A program made the position numbers and the translations under genes. From sequence record DRR723986_1305: 40,821 nucleotides of DNA; one strand, written 5' to 3'. Positions within the stretch are counted from its first letter, which is position 1. Every line of letters starts with the position of its first letter. The notes under the pieces are model-generated. The model worked only from the letters and a program-made list of their open reading frames with translations, did not search any database and was not told the origin of the DNA. Below are positions 30,699-39,355 of the stretch, in pieces.

Positions 30699-31994
30699 AT
30701 GGGCCAAAACGCGCTGCCAGCCGAAATCGATACCGTCATTGTTGGCGGGGGCCAAGCGGGCCTTGCCGCAAGCGAGCATTTGGGCCGCCAGGGCATTGCG
30801 CATATCGTGCTGGAACGGGCGCGCATTGCCGAAAGCTGGCGCAGTATGCGCTGGGATTCGCTGGTGATGAACGGCCCGGCCTGGCACGATCGCTTTCCCA
30901 GCCTTGCCTTCGATTGCCCCCCCGATGCCTTTCCCGGCAAAGACGAGGTGGCCCAGTATATGGAGCGCTATGCCCAGAAAATTGCCGCACCCATCCATTG
31001 CGGCATCGAGGTGGTGCGCGCAGCACGCGCACCCGGGCACAGCCATTTCCAGATAGACACCAGCCAAGGCCAGATTTCGGCGCGCAGCGTGATTGCTGCC
31101 ACTGGCCCGTTTCAAACCCCCATCATCCCCCCTATCCTGCCCGCCGATGCCGGCCCCCAGCAGATACATTCCAGCCAGTATCGCAACCCAGATCAGCTGG
31201 CGCCGGGGGCGGTGCTGGTGGTTGGGGCGGGCTCGTCCGGGGCGCAGATCGCCCAAGAGCTGGCCGCGGCCGGGCGGCAGGTGTATCTGTCAGTGGGCGC
31301 GCATGATCGCCCACCCCGGCGCTACCGCGGGCGCGATTTCGTTTGGTGGCTGGGGGTTTTGGGCAAATGGAACGCCGACACCCCCACCCCCGGCACGGCC
31401 CATGTAACGATTGCCGTCAGCGGCACCGACGGCGGGCACACGGTAGATTTCCGGCGGATGGCCCATAACGGGGTGGTCTTGGTGGGCATGACCGAAGCAT
31501 ACCGCGATGGGCGCGTGACATTTGCGGGCGATTTGGCCGAAAACATCGCCCGGGGCGATGCCAATTACCTGTCGGTTCTGGATCAGGCCGATGCCTATAT
31601 CGCAGCCCACGGGCTGGATCTGCCGCCCGAGCCCGAGGCGCGCATCCTGCCCCCCGACCCCGAGTGCCTGCGCCACCCCATCCGCGCGCTTGATCTGCAA
31701 AAGGCAAAAATTGGCACCGTGATCTGGGCCACAGGGTTTCGCCAAGATTTCAGCTGGCTAGAGGCCGATACGTTCGATGCGCAGGGCCGCCCCCAACACC
31801 AGCGCGGCGTGGGCCGCGTGCCGGGCGTTTATTTTCTGGGGCTGCCATGGCTTACGCGGCGCGGATCGGCCTTTATCTGGGGGGTTTGGCACGATGCCAA
31901 ATTCATTGCCGATCAAATTGCCATCCAGCGCGGCTACGACGCCTATAGCGGCACCGCAGCCCCCGTGCGCCCACAGGGCCACGCCCCCCTTTGA
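30699..31994 (+). CDS. Flavin-containing monooxygenase (FAD/NADPH)
   Basis: VGGGQAG, ATG, QIHSSQYRNP (FMO-like motif), VGAGSSG, WATGF. Confidence 0.9.
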   Translation: MGQNALPAEIDTVIVGGGQAGLAASEHLGRQGIAHIVLERARIAESWRSMRWDSLVMNGPAWHDRFPSLAFDCPPDAFPGKDEVAQYMERYAQKIAAPIHCGIEVVRAARAPGHSHFQIDTSQGQISARSVIAATGPFQTPIIPPILPADAGPQQIHSSQYRNPDQLAPGAVLVVGAGSSGAQIAQELAAAGRQVYLSVGAHDRPPRRYRGRDFVWWLGVLGKWNADTPTPGTAHVTIAVSGTDGGHTVDFRRMAHNGVVLVGMTEAYRDGRVTFAGDLAENIARGDANYLSVLDQADAYIAAHGLDLPPEPEARILPPDPECLRHPIRALDLQKAKIGTVIWATGFRQDFSWLEADTFDAQGRPQHQRGVGRVPGVYFLGLPWLTRRGSAFIWGVWHDAKFIADQIAIQRGYDAYSGTAAPVRPQGHAPL

Positions 31995-32056
31995 CATTGG
32001 CGCCCCCCCGCGCCACCCTGCCCAAATATTGCAACAGCCGCACCGAAAGCCCCGCC

Positions 32057-32515
32057 ATGCCCTGCGCGATACGCCCGCTGTCACCCACAGATCGCGAGAT
32101 CTGGGAAAGCCTGTTTCAGGCCTATGCCGAATTTTATAAAACCCGCGTGCCCGATGGCGGCTTTGACACGGTTTGGAATTGGGTTTTTGACCCCGACACA
32201 CCGTTTTGGTGCGATCTGGCGCTGGATGGCGCGGGCCAAGTGCGCGGCTTTGCGCAATACCAACAGATGCACCGATCGTTGGGCGGGGGCATGGTGTGCT
32301 ATCTCAGCGATCTTTACGTGCACCCCAGCGCCCGCGGCATGGGGATGGGGCGCGCGCTGATCGATCACGTGCGCGCCGCAGCCCGCGCCCAAGGGCTGAC
32401 AAACCTGCGCTGGCTGACGCAAGATTTTAACTATGGCGCCCGCCAGCTGTATGACAGCTACAGCCCCAAAAGCGATTTTATCCTTTATAGCATCGGCACA
32501 GATCCGCAGGGCTAA
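32057..32515 (+). CDS. GNAT family N-acetyltransferase
   Basis: YLSDLYVHPSARGMGMGRALI, WLTQDFNYGARQLYD. Confidence 0.9.
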   Translation: MPCAIRPLSPTDREIWESLFQAYAEFYKTRVPDGGFDTVWNWVFDPDTPFWCDLALDGAGQVRGFAQYQQMHRSLGGGMVCYLSDLYVHPSARGMGMGRALIDHVRAAARAQGLTNLRWLTQDFNYGARQLYDSYSPKSDFILYSIGTDPQG

Positions 32516-32662
32516 ACCCACAGGGATAAACCCGCAAAGCGCCCCTATAACCAAGGGCCAAGACCGGGCAAAAACGCCCGCCTGTAACCTGCGATTACAG
32601 ACATGCGGGCCTCCTGCCCCTAGCTTTTCCTTATCCCTGCAGAAAACAGATAGGAAAAGACA

Positions 32663-33103
32663 ATGTTACGCAGAACCATTTTACAATTGCTGTTAACCAC
32701 AGGTGCGGCAAGCTTTGTCACCATACCCTCTATTGCCTCGGCCAGCGGTGACGGCGGTGGCGATGGCGGCGATGGGGCCGGTGGCGGCAGCGGTGCAGGC
32801 GGCGGCGACAGCAGCGGCGGCGATGACGGCGCAGGCAGCGGTGGGGCAAATGGCGGCAGCGGGGCCGGTAGTGACGATGGCGCAGGCCATGGCAATGACG
32901 ACGGCGATGACAATGGCAATGACAGCAGCAACGATGATGGCGGCGCAGGCAGCGGGCCGGCCAGCGCCATTAGCGGCAGCAGCGCAGGCGATCGCGACAG
33001 CCAAAACGCCGCCATAGGCGAGGTGCAAGGCGCGATGGAGGCTGATGGTATGTCAGCGGTCAGCCCTGCGGATTTGTCGGGCACTATGGCGGCGTTCCGT
33101 TAA
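32663..33103 (+). CDS. Putative secreted Gly/Asp/Ser-rich low-complexity protein
   Basis: RBS agga, MLRRTILQLLL...IASA signal (twin-Arg-like), repeated DDGAG(S/H)G units. Confidence 0.6.
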   Translation: MLRRTILQLLLTTGAASFVTIPSIASASGDGGGDGGDGAGGGSGAGGGDSSGGDDGAGSGGANGGSGAGSDDGAGHGNDDGDDNGNDSSNDDGGAGSGPASAISGSSAGDRDSQNAAIGEVQGAMEADGMSAVSPADLSGTMAAFR

Positions 33104-33244
33104 TCTGCGCGATGGCGCAATAAACGTGGCATAAACGGCGGCATGTTTGGGGCACCCACACACCAGCGCCCTGCCGCCGTTTCTGCGCTGCCCCAGGCGG
33201 CGCCCACCCGCGCCTGCCCTTTGGGGGCAGCTTAGCCCGGGTGC

Positions 33245-33691
33245 CTATTGGCCGATCTGAATGCGATTGCCCACACCTGAAACCTGCCCCACAACCCAGC
33301 CATTTGGCGCCGCAGACACCGCCACCAGATTATGCGCGCCGGTCACCGCCAGCACCACACCAGCGCCCGGGGCCACGGTTAGCCTTGCCACGTTGCCCCC
33401 GCCGCTGACCATCAAATGCACCAAGGAATAGGGCTGTTGATGGATATAAAGGCCAGTATCATCAGGCGCGGTAACAGAATGCGTAACCGTCTCATCAGCC
33501 AGATAGATGTGCTGCGCGCCCTCTGGGCTTTGGCCAGGCACGGGCGCTGTGGCCTCGGCTGCCCCGACAGCATGCATAATTTTGTAAATGCCAGCCAAAT
33601 CCGACGCATGGGAAACCTGCGGCGCAATAGCGACGCAAAGAGCCGCCAAAAAGCGCAGGAAAGGGGCAAAGCTGGGAATAGCACGCGTCAT
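33245..33691 (-). CDS. Secreted protein with degenerate curlin-like repeats (CsgB-like nucleator candidate)
   Basis: Signal peptide ending VSHA; SGGGNVARL, TGAHNLVAV and SGVGNRIQIGQ; lies downstream of csgG on the same strand. Confidence 0.5.
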   Translation of the reverse strand: MTRAIPSFAPFLRFLAALCVAIAPQVSHASDLAGIYKIMHAVGAAEATAPVPGQSPEGAQHIYLADETVTHSVTAPDDTGLYIHQQPYSLVHLMVSGGGNVARLTVAPGAGVVLAVTGAHNLVAVSAAPNGWVVGQVSGVGNRIQIGQ

Positions 33692-33847
33692 CGCGGCTGG
33701 GTATCAGCGATAGCCCACCGCAGATATGCCATCAGTGGCATACCGCCCCAAAACAAAGCATAAACCGCCGCAAACTTATGCGCTTGATATAGCCAAAAGG
33801 CTACGACTGTGCCGCAGTTCAGTTAGGCCTTGCTGCGCGGGGTGATT

Positions 33848-34852
33848 TTACCAATAGCCCTCGGATGTCATATCAGAAATCAAATGCGACAGCGCCTGAC
33901 GAAAGGCAATATTCAGCGCAAATGTCTTAGGTTCGTTAAATGCGTAGCCACTTTCAAATTCTAAAATACTATCCACAGCAACATAAGATAAAATACTGCC
34001 CTGCTGCCGCTGGGAAACAATATCTTGGGTAATGGTTTTTGTGCTCAGCACGATGCCGCTGGATGCGCTGACAATTCTAAGGTTAATGGTAACCTTGTCG
34101 CGGCGAAACTCGCCCAAGCCGCCAATATTAAACAGCCGCAACCCCGTGCCACTGGAAAACAAATCTGCCTCATATGCCACGATAGAGCCTAAGACAATAT
34201 ATTCGGCGGTCGCCAGATCTGGCGCTGGCTTTGCCCCTTCGAATTGCGAAAATGGCTTTTCTGGCTTGATCCCTGCACGCCGCTTTTGTGCATAAGCTTC
34301 TAGGTTTGACAGGGTTTGTTCACGCGTTGGAACATCGGGGGGCAAATTGTTTGGGTCAAGTTTACTGTATTCCTGCAGCACCTGTCGGCGCAATTGGGAA
34401 ACCTCTTGTTCGATTTGCGATGCTTCTTTTGCAATGCGCCCGCGTTCAGCATTGATATGCGCGCGCTGACGGCGCTGTAATTCCTGTGCCTCGCGGATTT
34501 GGCGCTCGTTCAGCAGCGAGGCTGTATTTGACCGCTCGACCAATGTGAACCAGGTGCCCCCACCCACCGCTTTTAGAATTTCCATCAACAATGCCTCTGG
34601 CCCCTGCGGCATTGCTTTGGAAATTTCCGCAAAATCGGGGTTAGATTTATTTGCCCCCGTCTGATCGGGAATGGGATATACCGCTAACAGAATTGGGCTT
34701 TGTCGTGGGGGCAAATCATCGGTAGACACAAATGCAGGCGCGCCGGCCGCAATGTTCAAACCGGCATGGTTTTGCAAAGGGGCATTCTGCATTGCGCATC
34801 CTTGCAGCACCAAGATTGCGCATAACACACGAATAGTTTGGCCCAGCTTCAT
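33848..34852 (-). CDS. csgG: Curli secretion channel lipoprotein (CsgG/HfaB family) with internal insertion
   Basis: Lipobox LQGC, AVYPIPDQTG, SKAMPQG, WFTLVER...LLNERQI, GSIVAYE, DKVTINLRIVS, LEFESGYAFNEP; ATGA overlap with the csgF stop. Confidence 0.88.
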   Translation of the reverse strand: MKLGQTIRVLCAILVLQGCAMQNAPLQNHAGLNIAAGAPAFVSTDDLPPRQSPILLAVYPIPDQTGANKSNPDFAEISKAMPQGPEALLMEILKAVGGGTWFTLVERSNTASLLNERQIREAQELQRRQRAHINAERGRIAKEASQIEQEVSQLRRQVLQEYSKLDPNNLPPDVPTREQTLSNLEAYAQKRRAGIKPEKPFSQFEGAKPAPDLATAEYIVLGSIVAYEADLFSSGTGLRLFNIGGLGEFRRDKVTINLRIVSASSGIVLSTKTITQDIVSQRQQGSILSYVAVDSILEFESGYAFNEPKTFALNIAFRQALSHLISDMTSEGYW

Positions 34853-35277
34853 TGCAGTGGCACACAAATATTGCTGCTAGAACCAAGCGCAATATCCGTA
34901 ATTGCCACGCAGAATTGGTTTGTGTCTGTGTGGCTTTGATAGACGATATTCAGATCCCCAACACTGACCTCACCATCCTGGGCCTGTGCATTCGCATCCG
35001 TTGCATAGATATCTGAAACGATATTCGAGGCCACAGCGCTTAGCAATCGCCGGCGCAGTTGCTCTTCGAACAGTTCAACATCTGTCTTTTCGCGTGTTGG
35101 GTTGAAATCTGGCTTTTGCTGCTCGAGCAAATTCAGAAAGTAATTGGTATTCAGCCCACTTCCGCCAAATGACGGCAATGTAAATCTGTAGGTCAATTCA
35201 GCGCCCTGCACGGCTGTACACCCAAGGGTTGCTAAAACGCATATCGGTTTCAAAATTTTATTGCCTGTTTTCAGCAC
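34849..35277 (-). CDS. csgF: Curli assembly protein CsgF
   Basis: Signal peptide then AELTYRFTLPSFGGSGLNTNYFLN (CsgF-type N-terminus), FEEQLRRRLLS; GTG start with ggagg RBS. Confidence 0.8.
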   Translation of the reverse strand: MLKTGNKILKPICVLATLGCTAVQGAELTYRFTLPSFGGSGLNTNYFLNLLEQQKPDFNPTREKTDVELFEEQLRRRLLSAVASNIVSDIYATDANAQAQDGEVSVGDLNIVYQSHTDTNQFCVAITDIALGSSSNICVPLQ

Positions 35278-35485
35278 CCTATGCCTCCGCTTACAGGGCG
35301 GCGCGTGCGCCACTTGATGCTTTTCTGGAAAAGCCAAACCGCGCGAGGCTATTTTTACGCCATTACCGGCGCTTGTTTTGCCCCTTTGAACACATCAAGA
35401 AAACCACTTTAACAAGCCATCAAGCAGCACAGCCGCCTGACCATTTATCAACACATTACCAAAGGCACTTTGTTTTTTGCTTGCT

Positions 35486-36724
35486 CTAAAATTGCTCGAT
35501 CACCAGTTTTTTATTGCCGTTCACTTCGGTCTCTACGATGTTTGCCGCCGAGTGCTGTGCAAGCGTATAGGTGTTTTTATTGCCATCAATTGTTACAGTC
35601 GCCCGGGCCGTAGCAATGCTTTGGGTGACAGACACGTTGTTGCTGTTGCCATCAATGCTTAGGCTCAAATACACACTTGCCGCTGATTGCGTTGCAGAAA
35701 ACACGTTATTATTCCCTGCTACATGCGCCACAAACTGCGCGCCCTGTGCAAGGTTTGATTGTGTCAACGTCCCTTCATTATTATTTCCGCTAATATAAAG
35801 ATCTGCGGTAGCATCGCTGGCGCTTTGCGTGATCGTCACTGCGTTTTGCAGCCCATAAATATTGAGGTTTGTCGTTGCGCTGGCGTTTTGGGTCACATCA
35901 GCGCGGTTTTCATTCCCCTCAATATAAAGGTGGCTATACGCACCATCAGATGTCTGCGCCAAATCAACAACGGCATCGTTCCCCATAACTGTGATGATGG
36001 CGGTGTTGATATTGCCAGTTTGCACCGCGTCCAGCGTCGCATTTTCTGCAACAGCTGTTATAGACGCAATATTTTCATCACCGGTTTGCGTTATATTCGC
36101 TTGCCCGCGCCCGGTCGTTGCGTTGAGAAATGCAAAGATCCCGTTGTTATCGCCTGTTTGCACCGCACGAATACCAGTCGCCATAGCGCCAATTTGGCCA
36201 ATGACCAAAGTGTTGGCATCCCCCAGCTGGTCTAAAACCGCCACTGCGCTATCGCCAACCTGATAAAGCGCAACGCTATTGTCATGGCCCGCGCTGTCAA
36301 TATCAGCATCGCCGCCATCCCCAAGCTGTGTTCCAAAAACTGTATTTCGCAACCCAACTACATCTATTGTTGTTGTGGCGGATGATGCCGCCACTGTGCC
36401 GCCAAGCGCCGTATCAACGATTGTATTAATTTGCCCAGAAAGGGTGGTATGTTGATCTGATTTGTTATCAGAAATCGCGCTACTGCGGTTGTAAAACCCG
36501 CCTCCAGCCCATGTGTTTACAAATTTGGTTGCAGTCACCGCATCGGATTGACCCTGATAAAACTGCACATAATTCGCGTCATCTGCCAGCGCCGAGGCGC
36601 TAGAATCTACAGAAAATGTAAGGCTGTTACCTTCGGCAAAAGCAGCAGGAGCCTGTAGAGCGCAGCAAACAAACACACCAAACGCGGCTTTGCGACCCGA
36701 AGGTTCATTAAAATACTGGCACAT
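35486..36724 (-). CDS. csgA: Long curlin-repeat protein (CsgA-like major subunit)
   Basis: Sec signal ending AFA; about 13-14 repeats of ~22 aa with QxGxxN / GNxN...Q; RBS aaggag. Confidence 0.75.
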   Translation of the reverse strand: MCQYFNEPSGRKAAFGVFVCCALQAPAAFAEGNSLTFSVDSSASALADDANYVQFYQGQSDAVTATKFVNTWAGGGFYNRSSAISDNKSDQHTTLSGQINTIVDTALGGTVAASSATTTIDVVGLRNTVFGTQLGDGGDADIDSAGHDNSVALYQVGDSAVAVLDQLGDANTLVIGQIGAMATGIRAVQTGDNNGIFAFLNATTGRGQANITQTGDENIASITAVAENATLDAVQTGNINTAIITVMGNDAVVDLAQTSDGAYSHLYIEGNENRADVTQNASATTNLNIYGLQNAVTITQSASDATADLYISGNNNEGTLTQSNLAQGAQFVAHVAGNNNVFSATQSAASVYLSLSIDGNSNNVSVTQSIATARATVTIDGNKNTYTLAQHSAANIVETEVNGNKKLVIEQF

Positions 36725-36905
36725 CTCATGTCTCCTTTGAGATCATTATATCTTTAGTATGTGTAATATTTTATCAAAAGTCTATAAAAAACACTTAATT
36801 GCTTTTTTCATTTCAAAACAGGTGCTTAACTTATTTTGTCGCTTATTCGAATACCGTATTATGATAGTTACGATTATAATAACAACTTTTGGTAGATTTT
36901 ATGGC
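36725..36905 (-). promoter_or_regulatory. AT-rich upstream region of the curli operon
   Basis: Strongly AT-rich non-coding stretch directly upstream of the csgA-like gene. Confidence 0.5.
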
Positions 36906-37050
36906 CAGAATTTCCGCTACAACCCAGCGCTGCTCAAATTTAGCCCTTCCGCAGCCGATTGGTGCGCTTTTGGGTATCGACGGTGTGCAGCCGGGCTGTG
37001 CCCGCACCCTGCCGTGCTTGAAGCGCGGTATCACAAGCTTAGCCTAAATT

Positions 37051-37671
37051 TCAGACAATCCCGCGTTCCGGCAGGTCAAGGCCAAGCAGCCGGCGGACGC
37101 TATGGATGTAATAATTAAACACATCACGATCGACCGGCATGGCGTTTTTAACCCCCATCACAAACTGCACATAGGGGGTGCCTGCCAATTGGCCTTTGTC
37201 AGCCATATCTTTGGCCTTCAGAATGTGGCTCAGATCAAAGGCTTCGATTTCCGGTTTCACACCGTATTTCAGCATCTCGCCAGACAGCCAGTCAACCAGA
37301 TCCGGCGGGTTTTCATAAACGCGGGTTGGGAAATTGTTCGACCCAACCGACAGCGATGCCATATCTGGGCGCAGCGGCAGCATGCCCCCCCGCGTTTGAG
37401 CGGCGCCCGACCTGCCACCCGTTGAAAACTGGATGATCATGCCCGGGCAGTGCTTTTGCACCCCTTCTTTTAGGGCCGCGAACTTTTCTGGATCTGATGA
37501 GGGCGTTCCATCATCATTGCGCACATGCGCATGCACGATGGTTGCGCCCGCCTTGAAAGCCTCGTGGGTCGATTCCACCTGCTCGGACACGCTGATCGGA
37601 ACAGCCGGGTTGTTGGCCTTGGTGGGTAAGCTGCCAGTGATGGCCACGCATATGATGCAAGGGGTGGTCAT
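37051..37671 (-). pseudogene. kce: 3-keto-5-aminohexanoate cleavage enzyme (BKACE/DUF849), C-terminally truncated
   Basis: IICVAITGS, HAHVR, QFSTGG, PDMASL, KPEIEAFD, QFVMG. Stops at about 206 aa with no GGHxRxGLED motif. Confidence 0.75.
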
Positions 37672-37833
37672 AATCATCATCCGTATTGGATGCCGCGCAA
37701 GATGTGGCGCGGCATCGGGGGTATCGGTATTGCTGAATGCGCAACGCGCATTCAACCAACTGTTTTCAATGCATTAGGCCCCCGGGGTAATGGCGCTGTT
37801 GCGCATGCCCCTGTTGCCCTGCAGGGCTGCGCG

Positions 37834-38691
37834 TCAGGCCGCCTTGGCCGGATGCAGGGGCATCTTTTCCAATGCCTCTACAAAAAACGGGCGGAAACCT
37901 GCGGGATGTTCGCTCATTGGGAAATGGCCAAGCTCGTCCATGATGGCCAAGGTGGCGCCGGGAATGGCCCTTGCGGTGCGCTCTGCATCCTCGGGCGTGC
38001 AGGTCAGGTCATAGGCGCCCACGATGATATGTATCGGTGTCACTGCGGTATCGATTGTGGGCAGGCGCGGGATCAGGCTGTCATCGCGGGTATAAAAGCT
38101 AAGATCGCCCCGAAAGACGCCAGGGCCGCTTTGCATGAACATCCAAAGCGTATTCCAGCGCTCGGTATTTGGCGCATAGGGCGAAATATTGGCCGAAACC
38201 AGGGCGGCGCCCATTTCGCCCCCATGCGCATCGGGGCGGTGAAAACAGTCGATATCATACCAGGCGGGCTGAAAATCCGACGCTTCGATGGCGATAAACC
38301 CGCTGAATTTATCCCTGTGCAGCGCTGCCAGCTGCAGCGCAATCCGCCCACCCATCGAACAGCCCGCAAGCACCGGGCGATCAAGGCCCAGCGCATCGAT
38401 CACCGCCAGAACCGTTTCAATATAGGCCTCGGTGGTCAGCAAATATTCTTGTGTTTCAAAGCCTTCGGGCGGCAGGGATTTCCCGTGCCAGGGCATATCA
38501 AAGGCAATCAAGCGGTTCGTCGCGGTGATCTCGGCGTCATTCATCAAATGACGCCACTGCCGGGTATCGGCCCCAGCTGTGTGCAGGCAAACAACAGGGC
38601 GGCCCTGCCCTGCCTCCTCAAAATAAATCCGGCGCGGCGTGCCTTCAACATTTACCGTGACATAGCGGCCGGTAATCGCTTCGATGCTCAT
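37834..38691 (-). CDS. Alpha/beta hydrolase
   Basis: CLHTAG, FDMPWHGKS, GCSMGG nucleophile elbow, LGHFPMSE. Confidence 0.9.
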   Translation of the reverse strand: MSIEAITGRYVTVNVEGTPRRIYFEEAGQGRPVVCLHTAGADTRQWRHLMNDAEITATNRLIAFDMPWHGKSLPPEGFETQEYLLTTEAYIETVLAVIDALGLDRPVLAGCSMGGRIALQLAALHRDKFSGFIAIEASDFQPAWYDIDCFHRPDAHGGEMGAALVSANISPYAPNTERWNTLWMFMQSGPGVFRGDLSFYTRDDSLIPRLPTIDTAVTPIHIIVGAYDLTCTPEDAERTARAIPGATLAIMDELGHFPMSEHPAGFRPFFVEALEKMPLHPAKAA

Positions 38692-39068
38692 GCTGCCAGT
38701 TCCTTTTCTTGGCGGGCAAGGCCCAAGACTTCTTTGAAAAAGCGCAGGTTCTTCACAAGGCTCAAGATGTCGCCGTCAATCCGGCCGCGGCCAATTTTTA
38801 CTAGGCCGAAAATATCGTGAAACCCAGGCGCGGGTTCGGGCTGCCAAAACTTTGCAAGCGCATCACCATCGGTGCGCAACGCAAAGCACCAAGGCGTTTT
38901 GCGGCTGGGCCCTGCGACGATAGAAACGATACGCCCCTTTTCAAAGGTCAGATACAGCTCGTTGCCGTCGATCTCGATCAGGACGGTTTCGGAAAACAAC
39001 CGGCCAAGGCGCAACAGATGCGGCGTGGCGTCGAGACGTTTTTGGATATGCGCAAATTTATCAATCAC
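38688..39068 (-). CDS. Hypothetical protein (possibly SCP2-like fold), coupled to the hydrolase
   Basis: GTG start with RBS gagg; ATGA overlap with the hydrolase; GRGRIDGDI-type C-terminus. Confidence 0.7.
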   Translation of the reverse strand: MIDKFAHIQKRLDATPHLLRLGRLFSETVLIEIDGNELYLTFEKGRIVSIVAGPSRKTPWCFALRTDGDALAKFWQPEPAPGFHDIFGLVKIGRGRIDGDILSLVKNLRFFKEVLGLARQEKELAA

Positions 39069-39355
39069 AGTGGCCTCTCATGCAGTCATGTACTGCTGCT
39101 TTGGTGCCACGATTGCCGCGGCCTTCGCCGTGCCAACCTGGGTATGGGGCAATACTTTGGCGCGCCAAACATGCGCGGACGTGGGCTGAACGGGTGAAAA
39201 ACCATTCGCGCAAACGCCCAAGGTTAGGACCGGTATCACCCCATACCGTAACAGGCATTGGGCCGGCAGGCAGATTGCGCAATGTCTATAGCACGACGAG
39301 AGGCTGGGCGCATCTCGCAAGCAAACATTCACAATGCCAGGAGGAGGATTTACCC

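Noticed and set aside
32745-32960. CRISPR-like or non-coding repeat array
   Set aside because: The repeats are imperfect Gly/Asp codon runs inside an ORF. There is no constant repeat-spacer structure and no cas gene in the window.
33848-36724. Holdfast anchor (hfaABD) interpretation of the CsgG-family locus
   Set aside because: The CsgF-like gene and multiple curlin repeats favour curli, though this is not fully excluded without a search.
36790-36835. CtrA box upstream of the csgA-like gene
   Set aside because: Only isolated TTAA half-sites; no TTAA-N7-TTAA.
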